Source of the DNA: a virus
Taxonomy: Duplodnaviria; Caudoviricetes
IMG/VR virus record: IMGVR_UViG_3300031998_000053
Coordinates: 1-64,000 of that record
Length of the DNA stretch: 64,000 nt
Reading direction: 5' to 3' (one strand)
Of the stretch, positions 10,163 through 19,695 are shown one piece after another. The notes beneath the pieces were generated by a model, which searched no databases, was not told the origin of the DNA, and saw nothing but the letters and a program-made list of their open reading frames with translations. A program made the translations under genes and the position numbers. Positions within the stretch are counted from its first letter, which is position 1; every line of letters begins with the position of its first letter.

Positions 10163-11776
10163 ATGACACAGAAAGATTACATTGCACTGGTGAACCAGGC
10201 ACAGAGAAAGAGCTATGAGTATTACGTCCTGTCGGCTCCGACGATTAGCGACACCGAGTTTGACGTGCTGGTGGCTGAGATCGAGAAGGCTGAGTCTGAA
10301 CATCCTGAGTGGATAGTTCCTGACTCTCCGACACAGTGCGTAGGTTCCGACCTGTCGGCCAATGGTCGCCGTCAGATCATCCATCGTACACCGATGCTGT
10401 CGTGCCAGAAGGCTAAGAACCTGGACGAACTGGCTAAGTGGGTTAGTAAGAGTGAGCAGCGTATGAATGAGCTGACACATAGCAACCATACCGGCGGTTA
10501 CAACTATGTGCTGATGTGGAAGTATGACGGCATTTCGTGCTCTATCGTTTATCAGGATGGCGAACTGGTGAGTGCATCGACTCGTGGCGATGGTAGGGTA
10601 GGGCAGGATATCACCGAGCATGTGAAGATGATGGGTAGTGTGCCCCAGCAGCTTTCAAAGATTTACTATGGCGAGGGCTTTTCTCTCAAAGGTCGTATTG
10701 AAGTGCGTGGTGAGATCTGTTGCAGTAAGAAGAATCTGCCGTTGCTCTCGCAGAAGTACACCGACTGCCGTACTGCCGCCAGCAGCTTGTGCAACCAGGC
10801 CGTGCCCGATGAGTATGACATGGCTATGCTCGACTTCATTCCCTGGGATGCTATAATTGACGAACAGATCAGCTGCCAGCGTCACCTTTGTTCTACGCCG
10901 TTGGGTTATCCCTGGCATAAGCTCTCATTCCTGGAGAACCTGCGTTTCGTGCATCGTGCAGAGACTTTTTCACCTCATGGCTACGAAGCCTGTGCTGCCT
11001 GCATTGCAGAGCGTGAGAAGGAGCGTGACGCTTATCCTTGGCCTGTTGATGGTGTGGTTATACGCATTACGCATGATGACTACTTCCAGATGTTCGGTGC
11101 CACTGAGCACCATCCTCATGGCTCTATTGCCTATAAGTTTGCACCGGCTAAGACCATTACCCGCTGCACTCGTATTGAGGTGACTGTCGGTAAGACCGGC
11201 AAGCGTACTCCCGTCGTACACTTTGAGCCTGTCACCATTATGGGCCGTACCGTCCGTAAGGCCAGCGTGGGCAGTGAGGCCACTCTCCAGCGTCTTGGTG
11301 TGGTGATGGGTAGCACCATCGAGGTAGGACTGGCTAACGATGTCCGTCCGACTGTCTATCGTGTTATAGAGGATGCAGAAAATCAGGCTCCCGAAGTTAC
11401 GGAAAATGACCCCTTAGAGGGCATCGACTTCCCTGGTGAAGAGAGTCCTGTATGTAGCAACATCGTTGCTGCCTCTGAAGAGGAACAGCCCGAAGATCCT
11501 TGGTTGGCTCCGTCGTTTGCAGATCTCTATCCAGAAGCATTGGAGCGTCACGATGCCCCTACGCCTCCAGTAGTGGAGCCTGTTGCCGCTCCTGTCAGTG
11601 AGGATGATGGCCAGCAGTCGCCTGGTGGCTCTGTTGCCGCTCCTAACGGTAAGCATAAGATTCTGGCTGCCGTGACCACTCTCTGCGTGGCTCTGGCCAT
11701 TGTGTGTGGTGCTGCTGTGCTCCTGGGTGCTCTGGCTTTTGCGCTGCCGGTGCTCAATGGAACACTTCGCGCATAA
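10163..11776 (+). CDS. ligA: Truncated NAD-dependent DNA ligase (adenylation + OB domains) with acidic linker and C-terminal hydrophobic helix
   Basis: YY..APTISDTEFD, HRTPMLS, KYDG, STRGDG, EVRGE, DGVV, IAYKF, VGKTG motifs; no Zn/HhH/BRCT region evident. Confidence 0.85.
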   Translation: MTQKDYIALVNQAQRKSYEYYVLSAPTISDTEFDVLVAEIEKAESEHPEWIVPDSPTQCVGSDLSANGRRQIIHRTPMLSCQKAKNLDELAKWVSKSEQRMNELTHSNHTGGYNYVLMWKYDGISCSIVYQDGELVSASTRGDGRVGQDITEHVKMMGSVPQQLSKIYYGEGFSLKGRIEVRGEICCSKKNLPLLSQKYTDCRTAASSLCNQAVPDEYDMAMLDFIPWDAIIDEQISCQRHLCSTPLGYPWHKLSFLENLRFVHRAETFSPHGYEACAACIAEREKERDAYPWPVDGVVIRITHDDYFQMFGATEHHPHGSIAYKFAPAKTITRCTRIEVTVGKTGKRTPVVHFEPVTIMGRTVRKASVGSEATLQRLGVVMGSTIEVGLANDVRPTVYRVIEDAENQAPEVTENDPLEGIDFPGEESPVCSNIVAASEEEQPEDPWLAPSFADLYPEALERHDAPTPPVVEPVAAPVSEDDGQQSPGGSVAAPNGKHKILAAVTTLCVALAIVCGAAVLLGALAFALPVLNGTLRA

Positions 11777-11820
11777 TCATCAATTCATAGATTCATAAAT
11801 TCATAAAATCATTATAGTAT

Positions 11821-12648
11821 ATGTCAGAAATTAGAGAAAATCAAGTAAGACCACTCCCTATATGGGATGGCGAACTATCACAGTACAGTCAGCACTTTAT
11901 GACTGGTATGCAGTTTCATGGCCCATTTATTGTGACGGCTCCGCAAGCTCGTAATGACCTTGGCCAGTGTATCATCAGCACTCGATCACCACACCTGGTA
12001 TGTAAGATTCATGCTTTCAAGACCAATATGGGCGAGGGTGGAAATGAGAAAGCTCGCGCACAGGAAAAGCGTGAGGAAATGGCACGGCTGGCATGGCTTC
12101 AGCAACGTGCAGACGCATTCGACAATGAGCGTGAGGCATTGCGTCAGGGCATAACCATCCGTGACTATATCGAGCAGAAGGGTAGGGTATATGACGAAGA
12201 GTTTGACCAGCCGCGTATCGTGGTAAAGGTACCTGGACTCTCAGCCTATCTGGAACTGCTGGGGTGCCTTGATTCATTGAATGAGGGTGAAATGGATTCT
12301 ATCGACTGGACGGGTGAGCATGGCATATTGGCTACACTTGACAGCATGGCACAGTGGGCACAGAACATTTGGGATCGTAAAGACCGACGCTGCCGTGCGT
12401 CATCGACTCTCGACATGCAGCCGCTACCTGAATGGCAGGCTGATGCCTACGACCCAGAACTGCGTCCCTGGATGCCTAAGAAGCGTGGCCTTGGTCATAC
12501 CTATATCGACCCCAGCCGCCGCCCAGAACTGTTGCACTCGAAGGCTCCGCAAGGCTCTGCCGACTATGGCATGATACGCGATCTGAAACGTGCGACTGCC
12601 GACAATGCAGCTGCTGGCATGGCTCCTGAAAACTATGGTGATGAATAA
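11821..12648 (+). CDS. Hypothetical protein
   Basis: 275 aa ORF. Confidence 0.75.
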   Translation: MSEIRENQVRPLPIWDGELSQYSQHFMTGMQFHGPFIVTAPQARNDLGQCIISTRSPHLVCKIHAFKTNMGEGGNEKARAQEKREEMARLAWLQQRADAFDNEREALRQGITIRDYIEQKGRVYDEEFDQPRIVVKVPGLSAYLELLGCLDSLNEGEMDSIDWTGEHGILATLDSMAQWAQNIWDRKDRRCRASSTLDMQPLPEWQADAYDPELRPWMPKKRGLGHTYIDPSRRPELLHSKAPQGSADYGMIRDLKRATADNAAAGMAPENYGDE

Positions 12649-12751
12649 TGGTCCTGTATGTGGTTATGTTATAACGACTCTGAAAAATCACAGTTTTCAT
12701 AAATTCATTAACTCATATTTTCATAAATTCATAAAATAATGACGATTTTAT

Positions 12752-12782
12752 TTTGTCAATTCAAAGTTTTATAGTACATTTG
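12752..12782 (+). promoter_or_regulatory. parA promoter (TTTG-N19-TACATTTG)
   Basis: Consensus match directly upstream of parA. Confidence 0.7.
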
Positions 12783-12805
12783 CACCAAATTAAATAATAT
12801 AGGTT

Positions 12806-13669
12806 ATGGAAAGACTGAAAGAAGTGCTGGCATTTGCCAACAACAAGGGTGGGGTAGCGAAGACTACGACGGTACAGAACGTGGCTGCCGGAATGCTGAG
12901 ACGTGACCCGTCGCTGCGCATCCTCTGCATTGACCTGGACCCGCAAGGGAATCTCTCATCGCTCCTGGGATGGAGGGAAAAGATGAAACAGTATCACGAG
13001 CAGAAGCACTCGACGCTGACGGTGGCCGACGCTCTGAGGGATGGCGATAACAACCACCTGCCGGTGTATCAGAGCCGCGAGGGGCTGTTCTATGTGCCTG
13101 CATCGCCCATGCTGGCCGAGATAGATCCTGACCTGCACCGCCAGATGCAGCCGAAGCTGGTGCTGGCATCGCTGTTTGGTAACGACATTCACTACATGGA
13201 TAACCTCTACATGGAGGCAGAGCGACTGGATGGCGAATACATAGAGGACTGTTTCGACTATGTGTTGATAGACTGTGCTCCTGCGCTGTCAGAACTGACC
13301 TACAACGCCCTGGGTGCCGCTACGGGTGTAATCATTCCCGTGCAGCTGGGTTCGCTCAGTGTGGACGGTATAGGGCGCATGATGGAGGCTTACAAGGCGG
13401 TTAAGCGGAAACTAAACAACGACCTGGATATGCGGGGCCTGCTGATAGTGATGGCCGATGAGCGTACTAACCTGGCACGAGAGACCAGCGACTTCCTGCG
13501 CGATACCTACGATGCCGACATGTTTAAGACGCGCATCCGTCAGTGTGTGAAGGTGGGTGAAAGCCAGTTCCAGCATCAGGACATCTTCGACTATGCGCCC
13601 TCTTGCACTGCTGCCATCGACTACGACGATTTTATTACGGAATTGTTGAACAATGATAATGAAGAATAA
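12806..13669 (+). CDS. parA: ParA/Soj partition ATPase
   Basis: NNKGGVAKTT Walker A, IDLDPQGN, IDCAP. Confidence 0.95.
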   Translation: MERLKEVLAFANNKGGVAKTTTVQNVAAGMLRRDPSLRILCIDLDPQGNLSSLLGWREKMKQYHEQKHSTLTVADALRDGDNNHLPVYQSREGLFYVPASPMLAEIDPDLHRQMQPKLVLASLFGNDIHYMDNLYMEAERLDGEYIEDCFDYVLIDCAPALSELTYNALGAATGVIIPVQLGSLSVDGIGRMMEAYKAVKRKLNNDLDMRGLLIVMADERTNLARETSDFLRDTYDADMFKTRIRQCVKVGESQFQHQDIFDYAPSCTAAIDYDDFITELLNNDNEE

Positions 13670-13671
13670 CT

Positions 13672-14013
13672 ATGGCTACAAAATCGTATAAGAAAAAGAG
13701 CATCGTGGCTGGATCACCGGCTATTCAGGAACACGAGGCCATGATGCAGGAGGTGATGAATGAGCAGACTGTCAACGACACGCCAGCCGCTCCGACGGCC
13801 AGTGTGCCAACAGGTAAGGGCGTGAAGCCTACGGGTGTGTTCTCGCAGTATGCTACCGGCATGACGAAGAATGTGCAGACGCGCATCCCCTTTGACATGT
13901 ACCAGCGTTTGCTTGCCCTGAAGATGCAGAGTGAGCAGCGGGATAAGAAACTGAAACTCTCCATCGGCGACCTGGTGCTTCAGGCCATCGACGAATATCT
14001 GCAACGGCATTGA
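13672..14013 (+). CDS. Small partition partner (ParG-like, putative ribbon-helix-helix)
   Basis: Follows parA; VQTRIPFDMYQRL...IGDLVLQAIDEYL pattern. Confidence 0.6.
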   Translation: MATKSYKKKSIVAGSPAIQEHEAMMQEVMNEQTVNDTPAAPTASVPTGKGVKPTGVFSQYATGMTKNVQTRIPFDMYQRLLALKMQSEQRDKKLKLSIGDLVLQAIDEYLQRH

Positions 14014-14023
14014 GGTGTATGCG

Positions 14024-14416
14024 TTACGAAGTTTTACCCCTAAACAATTCTCTCATTAAAGCGTATGCGAAAAATCACTGTTTACGGATTCTGCCCCTTT
14101 GCGTTACGGGCTTTTACCCCTAAAAAGGTTCGTCCGTTACGCTTTTTTACCCCTAAACGCTGTATTTATATTTAATTTTCTTTCTAATTACATAATGAAA
14201 GATTCAGATAATGAAAATAAAAAATAAATATATAATTAACCAGTGGCGAAAAGCCTTTATACAAAGGGATTTCCAGCGATTAAGGGGTAAAAAACCGTAG
14301 CCGTGAGGGGTAAACAGCGTAACTTTCCTGGCAGTTAGGGGTAAAAGTCCGTAATGCAGGGTGAAAAAACAGGTAACGTCTGAAGCCATCCCCGATTTAG
14401 GGGTAAAACTTGGTAA
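14024..14416. repeat. Iteron replication origin: 4 forward and 5 reverse ~21-bp iterons (TTACG-N3-TTTTACCCCTAAA) around an AT-rich core
   Basis: Forward copies at 14024, 14082, 14104, 14137; reverse copies 14279-14416; AT-rich 14160-14240; directly upstream of rep. Confidence 0.85.
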
Positions 14417-14451
14417 CGTAGTAAATAGCGTCGTAAACGTAGTATAAAGAA

Positions 14452-15942
14452 ATGACTATGGCAAAGAAAAAGAAAAATGATAAGATGCAGGCACTCATCA
14501 AGAGCGATAACAGCATTATCCGTGACCTCCGCGATCAGCAGTGGCTCTACAATCCTCGTGTTTTCGCACAGGTCTCTGGTGACTTCTCGCTGATGCACCA
14601 AAGGGTGCTGTTGGGTGTGCTCGATAAGTTGCAGGATCGTATCACCAACTCCATCAATGAGAACCGTCAGGATGGCCAGCTTTGGCTACCGCTATTCTCG
14701 CCTGATGAAATGAATACGAGCATCGACTTCAACATTGAGGCAAAAGATTTGGGTGTTACTCCTGGGCATTATCCAGAACTGGTACAGGCTTTGTCCGATT
14801 TGATTTCCATACGCATGGGTTATTTGAAGGAGAATAAGAATGGTACGACTGAGTATCACTTTGCTAATCTCTTTTCACGTCTTGAAATGGTGAAAAACAG
14901 CAGTGACCTACGCACCGGCAAAATTCGTGTAAAGATGGATAAGGAGAATGTTAATGACTTCTTATCCATGAATCATGGCTATACCGATCATGCGGCAAAG
15001 ATAGGTCAAATGGCCAAGAAACAACGCACACCGCGAATTTATATCTACCTCTCTACATTCCGTGACATCGGACGTAAGCAGGTTGATTATCCTGAGTTCT
15101 GCGAGTTTCTGGGCATTGATGATGACAGTTATGTGGCCAGTCATTCTGAAGGTAAGAAAGAGGCTTCGCCTACTGACAATCCTTTCCACAAGTATTCCAA
15201 GGTGAAGAAACTCATCCTGGAACCTACACGCCTGGAAATGGATCAACTGTCAGCTGAGAAGAAAATCGACTTTTCTTTCACCTACGAGGCCCGTTATAAT
15301 GATGGTCGTAAGAAGGGTAATCCTACGCATATTGAATTTGTTATCGTGCCAGGACCACTGTATGTAGAGCGTGACTTCCGTAAGCGTCGGCATAATCAGG
15401 AACAGAGCCTTATCAACTCTCTTACATTGAAGTATAGCGACCTGAAGCCATACGACATCGTGGAGGTGCTGCGTGACGTACAGGATTCTTGGTTTGATGA
15501 TTTCAAGTCCTATGCCTACGATGATATCCCCAAGGCCGTGGAGCGTAAGCAGCCTGACCATGTGGCTGAGTATATTCTTGCTCTCTTTGCCGATTGGCTG
15601 AAGAACAAACAGCTGGAAGCCCGTCGCAAAGAAATTGAGGATCAGCGTCAATATGAGTTATTCCAGAAGCAGGAACAGGAAAAGTGGCGTGGCGTATGGC
15701 GTGACTGTCTGGCTGAACTGTCTGAGCAGCTGCCGTGGCTCACCTATCGTAACATTGGCTTTGAGTCGTTTGGCAAGAATGATGCCGGCCAACTGTCGCT
15801 TGTGCTCTGGGTGTCTGAAAACGCGCTCTATGAGCGTATGGAACTGCCGGATAACGTAAAAGTTCTGGCTGCCATCCTGCGTAAGTTCTTTCCTGGTCAC
15901 TGGAAACTGAACTATCGTGTTCCAAAGCAAACAACCACTTAG
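14452..15942 (+). CDS. Replication initiator protein (Rep_3/RepB-like)
   Basis: Flanked by iterons; YSKVKKLILEPTRLEM...IDFSF...GRKKGNPTHIEFVI resembles Rep_3. Confidence 0.75.
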   Translation: MTMAKKKKNDKMQALIKSDNSIIRDLRDQQWLYNPRVFAQVSGDFSLMHQRVLLGVLDKLQDRITNSINENRQDGQLWLPLFSPDEMNTSIDFNIEAKDLGVTPGHYPELVQALSDLISIRMGYLKENKNGTTEYHFANLFSRLEMVKNSSDLRTGKIRVKMDKENVNDFLSMNHGYTDHAAKIGQMAKKQRTPRIYIYLSTFRDIGRKQVDYPEFCEFLGIDDDSYVASHSEGKKEASPTDNPFHKYSKVKKLILEPTRLEMDQLSAEKKIDFSFTYEARYNDGRKKGNPTHIEFVIVPGPLYVERDFRKRRHNQEQSLINSLTLKYSDLKPYDIVEVLRDVQDSWFDDFKSYAYDDIPKAVERKQPDHVAEYILALFADWLKNKQLEARRKEIEDQRQYELFQKQEQEKWRGVWRDCLAELSEQLPWLTYRNIGFESFGKNDAGQLSLVLWVSENALYERMELPDNVKVLAAILRKFFPGHWKLNYRVPKQTTT

Positions 15943-16037
15943 GGGTAAAACTCCGTAACGATTTCCCTCTATCTTTGTGCCCAGCGGTGTTTCCGCTGGG
16001 TATTTTTGTCCCTACGTTACGGAGTTTTACCCCTAAA
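15939..16037. repeat. Two further iteron copies in inverted orientation downstream of rep
   Basis: TTAGGGGTAAAACTCCGTAA (~15939) and TTACGGAGTTTTACCCCTAAA (~16017). Confidence 0.8.
15980..16007 (+). terminator. Hairpin CCCAGCGG-N5-CCGCTGGG plus T-tract after rep
   Basis: 8-bp perfect stem. Confidence 0.55.
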
Positions 16038-16068
16038 TTTGCACCATAACCAAACCCCTATTATAGTT

Positions 16069-16671
16069 ATGAGAAAAAAATCACTGCTTTTCGGTTTCTT
16101 GTGTTGCTATATCATAGCAGCCCTATCCTCGTGTTCTGCTACTCAGACTACCATTGACCACTCAGAGAGTCACCACATAGATAGCAGCTATGTGCAGATG
16201 CAGTTGCAGCAGTTGGTCAGTCAGCAGCAGGCCCGTTACGACTCTCTGATGCGTGTGGTGCAGCAGCGTGACTCGATTTCACAGAATATCAATGAGCAGG
16301 AGCGTGAGCACATTACCGAAACGGTTACGTCGTGGATTGACTCGTTGGGACGCAAGGTGACTCAGGAGGCCCGTACCATCGACCGCCAGCGTGACCGATC
16401 AGAGGAACTGCGCCAGCAGCGTATCATCAATGAGCAGGAGCAACGCATCCAGTCGTGTCAGGAGCGTATAGACTCGCTCTATAATCTCTTACTCGAAAAG
16501 ACGGCTCTGGAAGTAAACGACACTACCAACTATCACAAAGAGGTTGTAAAGCCGGCACACACGCCATCGTTCCTGCAACGTGTGCATGACTTCCTGACTA
16601 CCCTTGTCAACGTCATCGTCTTTGCCGCTATCTTCGCCTTTATCATTCGCTGGAAACGCCGTAAGTCGTAA
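16069..16671 (+). CDS. Lipoprotein with coiled coil and C-terminal TM helix (spanin-like)
   Basis: Signal peptide with LSSC lipobox; C-terminal LVNVIVFAAIFAFII-RWKRRK. Confidence 0.6.
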   Translation: MRKKSLLFGFLCCYIIAALSSCSATQTTIDHSESHHIDSSYVQMQLQQLVSQQQARYDSLMRVVQQRDSISQNINEQEREHITETVTSWIDSLGRKVTQEARTIDRQRDRSEELRQQRIINEQEQRIQSCQERIDSLYNLLLEKTALEVNDTTNYHKEVVKPAHTPSFLQRVHDFLTTLVNVIVFAAIFAFIIRWKRRKS

Positions 16672-17651
16672 GATACTCCCTACACCTGAAGCCTTTTCGT
16701 GGCTCAAACTCTTCAAAGGAATGAGCTACGAAATGGGCTTTTTTGTTGACCCATCCGGCCATGTCCTTTTGCCATTGCGGAATGATGTGGTGTGGGTTGT
16801 TGGGATCACGGTAGGGCTGTGCATGTGGATAGACATAGCGGCCTTGATGCGAGGCCCGCGTTTCTTGTGTACGATGCCACCAATAGGTGATGCGCTCGTA
16901 GCACTCCCTGAAGTCTGAGGTGAGCATGGTGTATAGGAAGTATTGCCCTGTGAAGCCGTAGCGGTTGATCATATTCATGGCTCGCTCACATTCTGCTATC
17001 TGTCCGTGTGTGTCACAGCCGAAGCGGATGCGGTTGTTATCGAGCCACTTCACTTTTGCCAGCAGCTGTGCTATCTCATCCGTTACCAGTCGTGCATCGA
17101 GGGCCTGATTGAAGTCCACTCGGTAGCCTCTTTCTATAATCTTTTGCAGCTGCTGTATGCAGTATTCGCCAGCAGCCAGAATATTGTTATCCATCAGCAC
17201 TAACTTACGACGGCCCTCAATGGCTATTTCGTCCACATCCATATATGGCCGGATGGCTCCCTCTTTCTTGGGAACCACACACCAACGGCATTTGTTAGGA
17301 CAGCCGCGAGTCAGGAAACCGTAGGCCGTATCTTTCGGGATGTTAGGATAGATGGAGTAATCGGGTTGCAAACGGTCTATTTCGTCGGGCAACTGGCTTA
17401 GAGGATCATACCCCGTGCCTCCCTTGATGATTTTGTCTGCATCGTAGATGTAAGTATCGTCTGGGGAAAAGTTAAACACCTTCGACATATACACAATGTC
17501 GTAGTGTTCCATGGGGCTTGCCCATGAGATTTGCCCCCCCCCTATTACGCCAGTATCTCGCAATCTTAGCGAGTGCGAGATTGGGGTAAATCGTGGCTCC
17601 CCATTTCTTTTTCTTGGCGTGTCCGTCCACGTCCACAAGTCCTATTTTCAT
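16643..17651 (-). CDS. Radical SAM protein, frameshifted at a G9 tract (in frame at G8)
   Basis: N-terminus MKIGLVDVDGH...YPNLALAKIARYWRNRGG joins QISWASP...TRGCPNKCRWC only if one G is removed at 17534-17542. Confidence 0.85.
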
Positions 17652-17653
17652 AT

Positions 17654-17729
17654 ATTAAGCATGTTTGAACATTCTTATTTTGCAGAAATCTGTCACATTA
17701 AGCATGTTTGAAACTTCTTATTTTACAGA
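17654..17729. repeat. 33-bp imperfect direct repeat between the PAPS-reductase-like and radical SAM genes
   Basis: ATTAAGCATGTTTGAA..TTCTTATTTT.CAGA at 17654 and 17697. Confidence 0.8.
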
Positions 17730-18828
17730 TACCCGTCAAATTCTAATTCATACTGGAGGAAACGCTCGGCGTACCATCGTTTGTATGACATGCCACTGAT
17801 CCACCAGTCGTAGATGTTTTCGGCTATTTCGTGCTCTTGCTCATCAGTCAAGCCGTCAGACGATGAGCTGGAAGAAAACCCGCGTTTTCCCTTTCCAATG
17901 TGTCGGGTCTGGGTGCAGGATGTACCCGTAATCGTCGATTTTCTTCTTTGGATAGCGGTTTGAAGTTGGTTCCAATACCGTACCACAGGGTTTCCGTTGG
18001 TAAGAATTTTGAGAAATACCCCCCCATGTCGTATAGATATGATGGCTTTTATCCAGTTGCGTCTAACATGGGGCCATCGTTCATTCTCTATGCGTTTTTG
18101 GCGTGGGTTGCTCATCGGGCACCCGATGCAGCCTATACGATGAAAGCCCTGGTCGTAGAGTTCGCAGTGTGGAACTCTTACCACGTCATTCAGGAACTTC
18201 CATACATCACGCTCCGTCCAGTTGATGATAGGTGATATCAGCAGACTCTCTTTGCCGCTGATGCAGCCAATGGTGGTTTCTTCGGTAGCATTGGTGATAT
18301 TGATGCCTTTTGCCTTGCGGTACTCATCCAGGCCGTCTAAGGTGCCGCTGTATTTTCGGCTGTCAATCTCTACTTCATTGCGTTTCTTGCGTCGGCTGCT
18401 CTCCTGCCTCCTGATGCCGATGAGCGTCACCTTACCGGCTCCCGCATGTTCTTTGTATTCCTCACAGCACCAACGTACTTTCTTTGTTGGTAGCAGCTGC
18501 TTGCGCTCTGCCACATGATAGATGCTATCCTTGGGCTTTATCAGTTCCACTTCTGGATAGTGCTTCCTGACGAAGCGGATCACCTCTGGCGCATCTACTG
18601 AAGTCAGATTCATGTGTCCCTCGAAGCGTACACCGGCCAACTGTGCAATATGATAGAGGGTCTGACTGTCTTTTCCTCCGCTGAAAGCAAGGAAATACCC
18701 CCCCTATTATCGTAGGCCAGAGCCAGCTTCTCGGCTCTCTGCAAAAGATTGATGGAATACTCCATCTTCCTTCGCAGGCCCTTACTGGCTCTTGCATACG
18801 CTTCCTCTAATGTGATGTCTATTTTCAT
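17723..18828 (-). CDS. PAPS-reductase-family protein, frameshifted at a G7 tract (in frame at G8); second G7 tract near the C-terminus
   Basis: MKIDITL...YDNRGG + YFLAFSGGKDS (PP-loop) joined by +1 G at 18698-18704; RWCC, GIRRQES, RIGCIGCP motifs. Confidence 0.85.
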
Positions 18829-18829
18829 A

Positions 18830-19072
18830 TCAATTCTTACCTTTACTCTGTTGTGCCATGGCCATCAATTTACGCTCTTCGTCGGTGGTGGTGTCGAGCG
18901 TGATTTGTTTGAAGTCTGGGTATTTCTCCCATATCAGATCAGAGGCTTCAATAGCCTTTGATACGGTGTCCTTTATCAAGTCCTGAAATCCGTCCAGGTT
19001 CTTAATCTCGCTGGTCTCAGGTTCAATGCGGAAGGTTCTGTCATTGATGCCCTGTGCTAATATAATTTTCAT
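18830..19072 (-). CDS. Hypothetical protein
   Basis: 80 aa ORF in operon. Confidence 0.65.
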   Translation of the reverse strand: MKIILAQGINDRTFRIEPETSEIKNLDGFQDLIKDTVSKAIEASDLIWEKYPDFKQITLDTTTDEERKLMAMAQQSKGKN

Positions 19073-19099
19073 AATTTAATGAATATATGAATTGATGAT

Positions 19100-19695
19100 T
19101 TAATTAAACCATTTGATTACTGTGTCACCATGATAGCCTTTTTCCCAGACAAACCAGGCGTATGCAACGGCACTGCCTTTGACTGAAGCAAAGTCACCGT
19201 TGGGCGCACATAGCAGACGTGAGCTGCTGACCCATACCCGTGCCGGCGGTTGTGTCTTGAACAGGTGGCGACGCCCTTTGCCTTCAAGGAATGTGAGTTT
19301 GAGGAACATGCACACCTTCTTTCCTTCAGGAATGATAGCCAGTGCTTTTTCCACAAACTGCTGTGCGCAGGCATAGGGTGGGTTGGTGACGATGTTTCCG
19401 TCCCATTCCTGATTGTCGATGGCCAGGAAGTCGGCCACTTCGCCAAAGCCTCTGTCGATGATGTCGCGTGAAGTGACAAAATACCCCCCCCCCCGATAAG
19501 TACCTTGGAGATATGGCCCTCTCCACATGCCGGTTCCAGGATGGGACCGTCGAACTTTTCCAGCTTCAGCAGCCACTCTGTTGCCTTTGGCTCGGTGGCG
19601 TAGTAGTCCTGTGCCACTCGCTCACTCTCTGCATGGTTGCTGGCACTGATGCCTTTGAATACGGAGGCATTGCCTCCAGTCCAGTCTTTCTTCAT
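19100..19695 (-). CDS. Adenine DNA methyltransferase, frameshifted at a G11 tract (in frame at G9/G12)
   Basis: DYYAT..ILEPACGEG in one frame, IVTNPPY..AYAWFVW in another; junction at 19484-19494. Confidence 0.85.
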
